Source: Gaiellaceae bacterium
GTDB taxonomy: Bacteria; Actinomycetota; Thermoleophilia; Gaiellales; Gaiellaceae
Direction: 5' to 3'
Length of the DNA stretch: 64,000 nucleotides
Assembly (NCBI GenBank): GCA_036000665.1
Contig: DASYUZ010000112.1
Span: forward strand, 19,442-83,441
The position numbers and the translations under genes are program-made. Each line of letters opens with the position of its first letter. Position 1 is the stretch's first letter. Below the pieces are notes generated by a model. The model was not told the DNA's origin. It saw only the letters and a list, made by a program, of their open reading frames with translations, and searched no databases. Below are positions 36,534 through 44,884 of this stretch, in pieces.

Positions 36534-37652
36534 ATGGCCACGACGGAGCGGGACTACTACGAGCTGCTCGGCCTCAGCCGCTCGGCGACCGAGGGAGAGA
36601 TCAAGCGCGCCTTCAGGCAGAAGGCCCGCGAGCTCCATCCCGACGTGTCGGAGGCGCCGGACGCCCAGGAGCGCTTCCGCGAGGTCGTCGAGGCCTACGA
36701 GGTACTCTCGAAGTCCGAGACGCGCGAGCTGTACGACCGCTTCGGCCACGCCGGACTGCGCGGTGGCGGATTCCGGCCCTCGCAGTTCGACTTCGGCAGC
36801 CTGACGGATCTCTTCTCGGCGTTCTTCGGCGATGACCTCTTCGGCGTCGGCACGCGGCCCCGCCGCGCTCGCGGCGGCGACGTGGCCGCGGAGGTCGAGA
36901 TCGAGCTCGCGGAAGCCGCGACCGGCGTGACGCGCGACGTGCCGTACGACGTCGTCGTGCGCTGCAGGCGGTGCGAAGGCCGCGGTGCCGAGCCGGGCAC
37001 CGGGTTGCGCGAGTGCGACTCCTGCGGCGGCTCGGGCCGGCTGCAACAGGTCGGCCGCGGCGTCTTCGGGGAGTTCGTGCGCTCGCAGACGTGCCCGCGC
37101 TGCGGCGGCGCCGGTCGTCTCGTCGAGCAGCCGTGCGGCGACTGTGAGGGCTCCGGCCACGTCGTCGAGCGGCGGACGCTGCCGGTGGAGATCCCGCCCG
37201 GGATCCACGACGGCCAGCGCATCCGGCTCTCCGGCGAGGGGCACGCGGGGAGCCTCGGTGGCCCGGCGGGCGACGTGTACGTACGCGTCCGCGTGAAGCG
37301 AGACCCGCGCTTCGTGCGCGAAGGCGACGACGTGTACTCGACGATTGACCTGACGATGACAGAGGCCGCCCTCGGTTCGGCGCGCACGATCGAGACCCTC
37401 GACGGGGAGGCCGACCTGAGCTTCGAGGCCGGCACGCAGCCCGGTGAGGTCCGCGTCCTGCCGGGGCGCGGGATGCCCGTCCTGCAGGGCTTCGGCCGCG
37501 GTGACCATCGCGTGCTCGTCAACGTCGTTGTCCCGCGCCACCTGACCGCCGAGCAACGCGAGCTGCTCGAGGTGTTCTCGCGCCGGACCGGGGAGGCGAA
37601 CTACCGGCCCGACGAGGGCTTCTTCGAGAAGCTCAAGAGCGCGTTCCGCTGA
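36534..37652 (+). CDS. dnaJ: Molecular chaperone DnaJ
   Basis: J-domain HPD motif and four CxxCxGxG zinc-finger repeats are present. Confidence 0.95.
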   Translation: MATTERDYYELLGLSRSATEGEIKRAFRQKARELHPDVSEAPDAQERFREVVEAYEVLSKSETRELYDRFGHAGLRGGGFRPSQFDFGSLTDLFSAFFGDDLFGVGTRPRRARGGDVAAEVEIELAEAATGVTRDVPYDVVVRCRRCEGRGAEPGTGLRECDSCGGSGRLQQVGRGVFGEFVRSQTCPRCGGAGRLVEQPCGDCEGSGHVVERRTLPVEIPPGIHDGQRIRLSGEGHAGSLGGPAGDVYVRVRVKRDPRFVREGDDVYSTIDLTMTEAALGSARTIETLDGEADLSFEAGTQPGEVRVLPGRGMPVLQGFGRGDHRVLVNVVVPRHLTAEQRELLEVFSRRTGEANYRPDEGFFEKLKSAFR

Positions 37653-38413
37653 GCAGCCTGCGCCGCGTCGCCGTCAGCGTCCCGCTCGAGCGGGCGGAGG
37701 AGGCACGTGCGCTGATGCTTGAGCTCGCACCGGAGGGGTTCGAGGAGCGCGAGCGCGGAGACGAGCTCGAGCTCGCTGCGTACACAGATGCCTACGGCGG
37801 CGCGCGGATAGCCCGCGCGTTCGGCGTCGTGCACGAGGAAGCGCTCACCGCTGACTGGGCCGATCGCTGGCGCACGTTCCATCGTCCGGTGCGCGCCGGG
37901 CCGTTCTGGGTGGGGCCGTCGTGGGAGGGAGCGCCTGCGGACGCGCTCGCGATCGTGATCGATCCCGGGTTGGCGTTCGGCACGGGCGCACACGCGACGA
38001 CGCGGCTCTGCCTCGAGCTGCTCCCGGATCTCCCGCGAGGGAGCCTGCTGGACGCGGGCTGCGGCTCCGGCGTCCTCTCGGTGGCGGCCGCAAAGCTCGG
38101 GTTCGCGCCGGTGCACGCGCTCGACGACGATCACTTCGCGGTCGAGACGACCGTCGCGAACGCGGCCGCGAACGACGTCAGGGTCGAGGCGCGACAGGCG
38201 GACGTCACCCGCGATCTCCTCCCGTCCGTCGACGTCGCGCTTGCGAACATCGCGCTCGCCGCCGTTGAGGCGCTTGCCGACCGCGTCGAAGCACGAGCGC
38301 TGGTCACGGCCGGGTACCTCGTGTCAGATCGGCCGGGCCTCGAAGGGTGGGAGCACCTGGAGCGGCGCGAGCTCGAGGGTTGGGCCGCCGACCGCTGGCG
38401 ACCGACCGGCTGA
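37649..38413 (+). CDS. prmA: Ribosomal protein L11 methyltransferase PrmA (probable CTG start)
   Basis: SAM motif LDAGCGSGVLS is present. The conserved N-terminal strand (LRRVAVSVPLERAEEARALM) lies upstream of the first canonical start, ATG 37715. CTG 37649 overlaps the dnaJ stop (CTGA). Confidence 0.75.
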   Translation: MSSLRRVAVSVPLERAEEARALMLELAPEGFEERERGDELELAAYTDAYGGARIARAFGVVHEEALTADWADRWRTFHRPVRAGPFWVGPSWEGAPADALAIVIDPGLAFGTGAHATTRLCLELLPDLPRGSLLDAGCGSGVLSVAAAKLGFAPVHALDDDHFAVETTVANAAANDVRVEARQADVTRDLLPSVDVALANIALAAVEALADRVEARALVTAGYLVSDRPGLEGWEHLERRELEGWAADRWRPTG

Positions 38414-38438
38414 ACAAGGTCGCATACGATCTCGTGCC

Positions 38439-39626
38439 GTGGCGACGTTCTCGGTTCGCTTCCTCGGCTGCAAGGTTTCGCACACGGACGCCCAGGACGT
38501 GCGCGAACGCCTGCTCGCCGAGGGCCACGAAGAGCGAGCCGTGGCAGCGGAGGTCGCGGTCGTGAACACCTGCTGCGTCACGCACGAGGCCGTGTCCAAG
38601 TCGCGCAAGGAGGTCTCCCGCGCAGCGCGCTCACACGCGCGCGTATACGTGACGGGGTGCGGCGCGAACCTCGCCGGTGCGTTCGACGGCCTTCCGGAGA
38701 ACGTCGTGGTCGTCGCGAAGCGAACCGAGGAGGCGGCGTCATTCGTCGCCGGAGACGTCGGTGCGATCGGGTGCGTGCAGGCCGACGCGCGCCTCGACCG
38801 GATCCGCGCATTCGTGAAGATCCAGGACGGCTGCAGCTTCTCGTGCGCCTTCTGCGTCATCCCGCTCGTGCGCGGCCGGAGCCGCAGCAGACGCGCGGAG
38901 TCGGTACTCGCCGAGATCCGTCGCCGCGTCGCGCAGGGACACCAGGAGGTCGTCCTGACCGGGATCAACCTCGGCTGCTACCGCGACCGCGAGGCCGGCT
39001 ACACGCTCGCCCGCCTCGTGCGGGAGGCGGCTGCGACGCCCGGGCTCGCCCGCCTCCGCCTTTCGTCGATCGAGGTCAATCACGTGGGCGAGGAGCTGGA
39101 GCGCGCGCTCCGGGAGACGCCGGCGGTCGCGCGGCATCTGCACGTGCCGCTCCAGTCGGGCGACGACCGCGTGCTGCGCGCGATGGGTCGCCGCTATACC
39201 GCGGCGACGTACTTGCGCCGGCTCGAGCGGTTCGCCGACCTGAACCTGACGACCGACGTGATCGTCGGCTTTCCCGACGAGGACGAGCGCGCGTTTCTGA
39301 ACACGCTCCGGGTCGTTCGTGAGGCGGGGATCACGAACGTGCACGTCTTCCCGTATTCGCCGCGCCCGGGCACGGCGACCGCCGCCGCCGACACCGTGCC
39401 GGCGGCCGTGAAGAAGGACCGCGGTGCTCGCCTCCGTCGCGCCTCGCACGACGCGTCGCTCGCACGCTGGCGCGACAAGCTCGGACACGAGGACGTCGTG
39501 CTGATCGACCGACCGGGGCGCGGCTACGGCGACGACTATTCGCCCTGGCTCGTCGAGGGGCCAATCGGAGACTTGGTGCGCGTCCGCGCCGGCGCTGTCA
39601 CGGAGGAGGGGATCCTCGCTGCCTGA
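38439..39626 (+). CDS. mtaB: tRNA methylthiotransferase, MiaB/MtaB family
   Basis: Starts at GTG 38439. It has an N-terminal UPF0004 Cys triad (LGCKVS, NTCCVT, TGCGAN) and the radical-SAM motif DGCSFSCAFC. Confidence 0.85.
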   Translation: MATFSVRFLGCKVSHTDAQDVRERLLAEGHEERAVAAEVAVVNTCCVTHEAVSKSRKEVSRAARSHARVYVTGCGANLAGAFDGLPENVVVVAKRTEEAASFVAGDVGAIGCVQADARLDRIRAFVKIQDGCSFSCAFCVIPLVRGRSRSRRAESVLAEIRRRVAQGHQEVVLTGINLGCYRDREAGYTLARLVREAAATPGLARLRLSSIEVNHVGEELERALRETPAVARHLHVPLQSGDDRVLRAMGRRYTAATYLRRLERFADLNLTTDVIVGFPDEDERAFLNTLRVVREAGITNVHVFPYSPRPGTATAAADTVPAAVKKDRGARLRRASHDASLARWRDKLGHEDVVLIDRPGRGYGDDYSPWLVEGPIGDLVRVRAGAVTEEGILAA

Positions 39627-39948
39627 CGACTGTCTCTTCTGCCAGCTCTACCGGGAGGGCGACCACGTCCGAAAGAGCGACGGGTTCGTGGCAATCCGGG
39701 ACGTCGCGCCCAAGGCGCCGACGCACCTGCTGGTCATTCCCGAGCGTCACGTGGAGACGTTCGGCGATGTGGCGCAGTTCGACGCCGACGAGGCGAAGCG
39801 CATGCTCGAGTTCGTCGCCGACACGGCGCGCGAGTCCGGCCTGTCCGACTATCGCGTCGTCGTCAACGTTGGACCGGGCGCAGGCCAAACGGTGTTCCAT
39901 CTGCACTGGCACGTGCTCGGCGGCAAGCCGATGTCGGAGGACTTGTGA
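39619..39948 (+). CDS. HIT-family (histidine triad) protein (probable CTG start)
   Basis: HLHWHVLGG triad is present. The conserved N-terminal CLFCQL lies upstream of the first canonical start, GTG 39688. CTG 39619 sits 8-9 nt after GGAGGAGG. Confidence 0.75.
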   Translation: MPDDCLFCQLYREGDHVRKSDGFVAIRDVAPKAPTHLLVIPERHVETFGDVAQFDADEAKRMLEFVADTARESGLSDYRVVVNVGPGAGQTVFHLHWHVLGGKPMSEDL

Positions 39949-40388
39949 GCTTGATCGCCCGCATCGAGGACGAGCTCAAGCAGGCAACCCTGGCGCGCGA
40001 CGCCGACCGTCGCGACACGTTGCGGCTGATCCTGAGCGCCCTCCGCGGGGCCGAGAAGGAACTCCAGCGTCCACTCAAGGACGACGAGGAGCTGCAGGTC
40101 CTGCAGCGCGAGCGCAAACGGCGGAACGAGGCCGCGGACGCCTTCCGCGCGGGAGACCGCGAAGAGCAGGCGCAGGCCGAGGAGCGGGAGCTCGCGGTCC
40201 TGGAGGAGTTCATGCCCGAGCCGCTTTCGGAGGAAGAGCTCGAGGAGATCATCGACGACGTGATCGCCGAGGTGGGCGCGACGAGCATGCGCGACCTCGG
40301 CCGGGTGATGGCCGACGTGATGCCCCAGGTCGCGGGCCGCACCGACGGCTCAGCAGTCAGCCAGCTGGTGCGCGAAAAGCTCGCTTAA
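39945..40388 (+). CDS. GatB/YqeY-domain protein
   Basis: GTGA overlap. 147-aa product with motifs LKQATLARD..RRDTLRLILSAL and MRDLGRVMADVM. Confidence 0.8.
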   Translation: MSLIARIEDELKQATLARDADRRDTLRLILSALRGAEKELQRPLKDDEELQVLQRERKRRNEAADAFRAGDREEQAQAEERELAVLEEFMPEPLSEEELEEIIDDVIAEVGATSMRDLGRVMADVMPQVAGRTDGSAVSQLVREKLA

Positions 40389-40443
40389 AACCCGGGAACG
40401 CCGGCTCCCCTACACGCCTCCGGGAGCAAACGCTCCTCGAACT

Positions 40444-40488
40444 CCACCCCACCCCTTCAAGGGGTGGGGCTCGGGCCACCCTCCACCC
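40444..40488 (-). repeat. Copy 2 (reverse orientation) of the G-run/C-run palindromic repeat
   Basis: CCACCCCACCCC-TTCAA-GGGGTGGGG-CTCGGG-CCACCCTCCACCC, including a perfect 9-bp stem with a 5-nt loop at 40447-40469. Confidence 0.8.
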
Positions 40489-40564
40489 AACGTCGACACT
40501 ACCGGCGTCGGACGCGCATGTGTGTGCCGGCTCTGGGCCGATTTTGTGGCAATTCATCCCCACC

Positions 40565-40570
40565 TACACT
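40565..40570 (+). promoter_or_regulatory. -10-like TACACT, 7 nt before the phoH GTG (predicted leaderless)
   Basis: TANNNT. TTGTGG lies 15 nt upstream as a weak -35. Confidence 0.4.
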
Positions 40571-40577
40571 TCGAGGC

Positions 40578-41537
40578 GTGCAGGAGACCCTCTCCGTCTC
40601 AAACGACGTCGCCGCGGAGCTTGCCGGCGTCGGCGACGGCGTGCTCGAGTCGCTGCGGGACCGCCTCGAGTGCACGATCCGCCTCCGCGGCAACCAGCTC
40701 ACCCTCGAGGGCGACGACGAGCACGTCGTGGCGGCCCGCGCGGTGGTCGACGAGCTCGTCGAGCTCGTGGAGGGCGGACACGAGATCGGCCCCTCGACCG
40801 TGGACGCGGTGCTCGGCGCGCTCGACCAGTCCGCCGACATCCGCGACGTCTTCGAGGACGTGGTTTGGCGGCACCGCGGCAAGAAGATCGCGCCCAAGAC
40901 GGTCACGCAGAAGCGCTACGTGGACGAGATCCGGAACTCGACCGTCACCTTCGCGATCGGCCCGGCCGGCACCGGCAAGACGTACCTCGCGATCGCCCTC
41001 GCCGTCGCGGCGCTCTCGGAGCGCCAGGTCGGCCGGATCATCCTCACGCGCCCAGCAGTCGAGGCAGGTGAGCGCCTCGGCTTCCTGCCCGGCGACGTGC
41101 TCGCGAAGGTCGATCCCTACATGCGACCGCTCTTCGACGCGCTCTACGACACGATGGACCCGGAGAAGCTGAATGCGTACATGGAGCGCGGCACGATCGA
41201 GGTCGCCCCGCTCGCGTTCATGCGCGGGCGCACCCTCAACGATTCGTTCGTGATCCTCGACGAGGCCCAGAACACGAGCCCCGAGCAGATGCAGATGTTC
41301 CTGACGCGACTCGGCTTCGGCTCGAAAATGGTCGTCACCGGCGACGTCACGCAGATCGACCTGCCCCGCGAACAGGCCTCCGGCCTGATCCACGTGCAGC
41401 GGATCCTCTCGCAGGTCGACGGCGTGCGCTTCGTCCAGTTCAGCCACAACGACGTCGTGCGACACAAGCTGGTGCAGCGGATCGTGGAGGCCTACAAGCG
41501 CCACGCGGAGGAGACGGGCACCGAACGCAGCCGCTGA
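40578..41537 (+). CDS. phoH: PhoH-family ATPase
   Basis: Starts at GTG 40578. Walker A GPAGTGKTYLA and the ILDEAQN motif are present. Confidence 0.9.
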   Translation: MQETLSVSNDVAAELAGVGDGVLESLRDRLECTIRLRGNQLTLEGDDEHVVAARAVVDELVELVEGGHEIGPSTVDAVLGALDQSADIRDVFEDVVWRHRGKKIAPKTVTQKRYVDEIRNSTVTFAIGPAGTGKTYLAIALAVAALSERQVGRIILTRPAVEAGERLGFLPGDVLAKVDPYMRPLFDALYDTMDPEKLNAYMERGTIEVAPLAFMRGRTLNDSFVILDEAQNTSPEQMQMFLTRLGFGSKMVVTGDVTQIDLPREQASGLIHVQRILSQVDGVRFVQFSHNDVVRHKLVQRIVEAYKRHAEETGTERSR

Positions 41538-41914
41538 TGGTCGACGTCGAAGTCGAAAACCGAAGCGGTCAGCACGTCGAGGCCGAGGCGGCGGCGGAGC
41601 TCGCGCGGACCGTACTCACCGGGGAAGGCGTCGAAGAGGGCGAGCTCGGCATCCACTTTGTCGGGCCGGACGAGATTCGCACGCTGAAACGCGAACACCT
41701 CGGGATCGACGAGGCGACGGACGTGCTCGCGTTCCCGATCGACGAGCGCGACGAGGTGCCGGACGGGATGCCGCGCCAGCTCGGCGACGCCGTTCTCTGC
41801 GCGCAGGTCGTAGGCGATGACTGGCGCGAGCCGCTGGTCCACGCGCTCCTCCACCTGCTGGGCCACGACCATGGGCCGGAGATGGAGGCCCGGGAGCGAA
41901 TCCACCAGCAGTGA
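41537..41914 (+). CDS. ybeY: rRNA maturation endoribonuclease YbeY
   Basis: HALLHLLGHDH zinc motif is present. TGATG junction with phoH. Confidence 0.92.
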   Translation: MVDVEVENRSGQHVEAEAAAELARTVLTGEGVEEGELGIHFVGPDEIRTLKREHLGIDEATDVLAFPIDERDEVPDGMPRQLGDAVLCAQVVGDDWREPLVHALLHLLGHDHGPEMEARERIHQQ

Positions 41915-42639
41915 ACGCGCCGCGCCTTCGCCCCGGCTCGCTCTTCGAGAGCTTCAACTTCGCGTTCGAGGGGATCATCCACGTCCTTCGCACGCAGCGG
42001 AACATGCGCATCCACTTCGCGACCGCTGTCGTCGTGCTGGTGGCCGCGCTCGCGACCGGCGTCGACAAGAACGAGCTGATCGCACTCCTGCTCGCAATCG
42101 CGTTCGTCCTGATCGCCGAGATGGTGAACACCGCGATCGAAGGCGCGATCGACGTCGCCACCACCTCGTTCGACCCGATGGCGAAGCTGGCGAAGGACAT
42201 CGCGGCCGGTGCAGTGCTGATCGCGACCGTCACCGCGGTCGCGATCGGATACCTCGTCTTCGCCGACCGGGCGCGGGACCCGAGCGGGCGGCTCCTCGAC
42301 CGGCTCCGCGACGCGCCGATCCACCTGACGCTGATCGCGCTCGTGCTCACGATCCTGATCATCGTCGCCGCGAAGGCCTACACCGGCCGCGGGACCCCGC
42401 TGCGCGGCGGACTGCCCTCCGGCCACGCGGCGCTCGCGTTCGCCGGCTGGATGGCGGTCACGTACCTGCTCGGCCACACGCGGCACTGGTTCCTGATCTC
42501 GACGCTCACGCTGATCATGGCGCTGCTCGTCGTGCAGACCCGCGTCGAGGCCGGCGTCCACTCGCTGTTCGAAGTCACGCTAGGAGCCGTCGTCGGAGCG
42601 CTCATCACGCTGGTCATCTTCCAGGTGTTCGCGGCGTGA
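41911..42639 (+). CDS. dgkA: Fusion of prokaryotic diacylglycerol/undecaprenol kinase (DgkA) and a PAP2 lipid phosphatase domain
   Basis: The N-terminal half has EMVNTAIEGAIDV and KLAKDIAAGAVL (DgkA). The C-terminal half has LPSGH and TRVEAGVHSLFE (PAP2 motifs C2/C3). Confidence 0.8.
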   Translation: MNAPRLRPGSLFESFNFAFEGIIHVLRTQRNMRIHFATAVVVLVAALATGVDKNELIALLLAIAFVLIAEMVNTAIEGAIDVATTSFDPMAKLAKDIAAGAVLIATVTAVAIGYLVFADRARDPSGRLLDRLRDAPIHLTLIALVLTILIIVAAKAYTGRGTPLRGGLPSGHAALAFAGWMAVTYLLGHTRHWFLISTLTLIMALLVVQTRVEAGVHSLFEVTLGAVVGALITLVIFQVFAA

Positions 42640-43001
42640 ACGACACAGAGCTGCTCGAGCGCGCTGACGCTGCGGCCGCGCACGCGTATGCGCCCTACTC
42701 GAAGTTCCGGGTGGGCGCAGCGGTGCTCGCACGCGACGGCCGCGTGATCGAGGGCGCGAACGTCGAGAACGCGGCGTATCCGCTCGGCGTCTGTGCGGAG
42801 CGGACCGCGCTCTCGCGGGCCGTCGCGAAGGGGCTGAAACCCGGCGACCTCGAGGCGATCGCGATCACGGCGTCCCCCTGCGGCGGCTGTCGCCAATGGC
42901 TGCACGAGTTCAAGCTCGAGCGCGTCACGTACCGGCGTGCAAACGGGGAGGTCGTGACGCGCACGCCGGCCGAGATTCTGCCCGACTCGTTCGACCTGTG
43001 A
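42636..43001 (+). CDS. cdd: Cytidine deaminase
   Basis: GTGA overlap. CAERTAL and PCGGCRQ zinc motifs are present. Confidence 0.9.
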   Translation: MNDTELLERADAAAAHAYAPYSKFRVGAAVLARDGRVIEGANVENAAYPLGVCAERTALSRAVAKGLKPGDLEAIAITASPCGGCRQWLHEFKLERVTYRRANGEVVTRTPAEILPDSFDL

Positions 43002-43858
43002 AATCCGGATTCGTCGCCGTGGCCGGTCGGCCGAACGTCGGCAAGTCGACGCTCGTGAACGCGCTCACGGGCGGCAAGGTCGCCATCGTCTCCGACAAGC
43101 CGCAGACGACCCGGCACAGGATCTTCGGAATCGCTCACGGCGACGACTACCAGCTCGTGCTTGCCGATCTGCCAGGCTTTCAACGACCGCGCGACGCCCT
43201 GACCGAGCACATGCAGCGCACCGTGGACGCGTCCTTCGACGAGGTCGACGCCGTGCTCCTCGTCCTCTCCGCCCGCGAGCGGATCGGCGCCGGCGACCGC
43301 TTCGTCGCGCAGCGGGTCTATTCACTCGGCGTTCCGGTCGTGATCGCCCTGAACAAGGTCGATCGCCTGAAGCCCGGACACATCGCCACGCAGATGGCGA
43401 CGGCGGCGAAGCTCGGCAACTTCCACGCCCTGCACCCGGTGAGCGCGAAGACCGGCGACGGGATGCCTGAGCTGCGAGAAGAGCTTGTCGCGTTGCTGCC
43501 CGAGGGGCCCGCGTACTTCCCGCCCGACCAGCGCACGAACCTGCCGCTCGAGCTCCAGCTCGCTGAGCTGGTCCGCGAGAAGGCGCTCCAGCTCACGCGC
43601 GAGGAGGTACCGCACGCGATCACCGTCGAGGTCGAAGAGGTGAGCGACAAGGTGGTGCGCGCCTCGCTCCTCGTCGAGACCGACTCGCAGAAGCAGATTC
43701 TCGTCGGCCGCGCAGGGTCGATGATCAAGGAGATCGGGACGCTGGCCCGGCCGGAGATCGAGCTTGCGCTCGGCCACCCCGTCTTCCTCGACCTGCACGT
43801 GAAGGTGAAGCCGCGCTGGCGGCGCGACGAGAACCTGCTCGAGCGCCTCGGCATCTAG
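42998..43858 (+). CDS. era: GTPase Era
   Basis: GTGA overlap. GRPNVGKSTL, DLPG and NKVD motifs are present, with a C-terminal KH domain. Confidence 0.93.
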   Translation: MKSGFVAVAGRPNVGKSTLVNALTGGKVAIVSDKPQTTRHRIFGIAHGDDYQLVLADLPGFQRPRDALTEHMQRTVDASFDEVDAVLLVLSARERIGAGDRFVAQRVYSLGVPVVIALNKVDRLKPGHIATQMATAAKLGNFHALHPVSAKTGDGMPELREELVALLPEGPAYFPPDQRTNLPLELQLAELVREKALQLTREEVPHAITVEVEEVSDKVVRASLLVETDSQKQILVGRAGSMIKEIGTLARPEIELALGHPVFLDLHVKVKPRWRRDENLLERLGI

Positions 43859-43935
43859 CGGCGCACATTTCACGCTCTTGGCACAGAAGGGTCACACCTT
43901 CGTACGGACGTCTCGGGTAGCCTCGACGGCGGGTT

Positions 43936-43976
43936 CGCGGGTGGCGTGGGGCCGTAGGCCCCACCCTGGGTGGGGG
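43936..43976 (+). repeat. Copy 3 of the G-run/C-run palindromic repeat
   Basis: Sequence CGCGGGTGGCGTGGGGCCGTAGGCCCCACCCTGGGTGGGGG, lying between convergent era and the FRG gene. Confidence 0.8.
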
Positions 43977-43984
43977 AGTGGTCC

Positions 43985-44779
43985 CTACTCCGCGCTGCGC
44001 GGGAGGTAGTAGCGGCGCAGCCAGGCGCTCAGGCCGTCGAGGCCGGGGAAGAGGACGCGCTCGGTGATGTTCGCCTGGTCGAGCTTGTCGCGGATCTCCC
44101 ACTTCAGCTCCGCGGGGATCACGAGCTTGCGCACGAGCTCGTCGTGCAGCTCGGCCCACGCGTCGAAGGAGGCGTCCGGGCCCGACATCAGCGAGAAGAG
44201 CGCGTACTGGTTGACGATCCGGTCGTCGAGCGAGGGCGGCTCGAGGAAGACGACGAACTCGTTGTCGTCGGCGAGCACGTCGAGCTCGCGCAGCCCCCGT
44301 GCGACACGCTCGAGCATCTCCGCCGTGAACACGTTCGCACCCTCGGCACGGAGCACGTCCCTCAACGGGTCGGGAAGCAGCTCGTGTGCGCGCACGTAGT
44401 CGACCGCCCAGACGATGCCGTCCTGGTCGTAGCGCTCGAGCGAGGCGGTCGCGAAGTGGAGCGCGACGTACGGCGAGTACGTCCAGTCGAGCAACCGCGT
44501 CGGCAGTCCGTGGTGCTTCCCGAGTGCGAGCCAGTTCCAGATCGAGTCGTAGGGGACGTCGCCCCGGTGCGCGTACTTCCGGAAGTTGCGCAGCAGCTGC
44601 ACTTCCAGAGCCGCCGACTCTCCGCCGAGGCGCTGCAGCGTCGTCGCCAGGCCTTCGCCGACCCATCCTCTGCCGCGGAAGGCCTCGTTCGAGCGATGCC
44701 GCCCGAGCGATTCCTGCCAGGAGTCTTCGAAGAGCCGCTCGTGCAGCTCGATCCAGCTCGAGACGCGCAGCTCCCGCAC
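43985..44779 (-). CDS. FRG-domain protein
   Basis: 264-aa ORF from GTG 44779. FRGRG, HHGLPTRLLDWTYSPYVALHFA and IVNQYALFS motifs are typical of the FRG domain. Confidence 0.8.
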   Translation of the reverse strand: MRELRVSSWIELHERLFEDSWQESLGRHRSNEAFRGRGWVGEGLATTLQRLGGESAALEVQLLRNFRKYAHRGDVPYDSIWNWLALGKHHGLPTRLLDWTYSPYVALHFATASLERYDQDGIVWAVDYVRAHELLPDPLRDVLRAEGANVFTAEMLERVARGLRELDVLADDNEFVVFLEPPSLDDRIVNQYALFSLMSGPDASFDAWAELHDELVRKLVIPAELKWEIRDKLDQANITERVLFPGLDGLSAWLRRYYLPRSAE

Positions 44780-44872
44780 GCGTTGCGACGTACCCCGCGC
44801 CGATCAGTCCCACTCCGCGAGGAGCGCGACGGCGCCGAGGACGAGACGAGCTGCTAACCCGGACGCCGGGGC

Positions 44873-44878
44873 TAGACT
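44873..44878 (+). promoter_or_regulatory. -10-like TAGACT, 6 nt before the deoC ATG (predicted leaderless)
   Basis: TANNNT with no SD. Confidence 0.4.
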
Positions 44879-44884
44879 CCGGTC

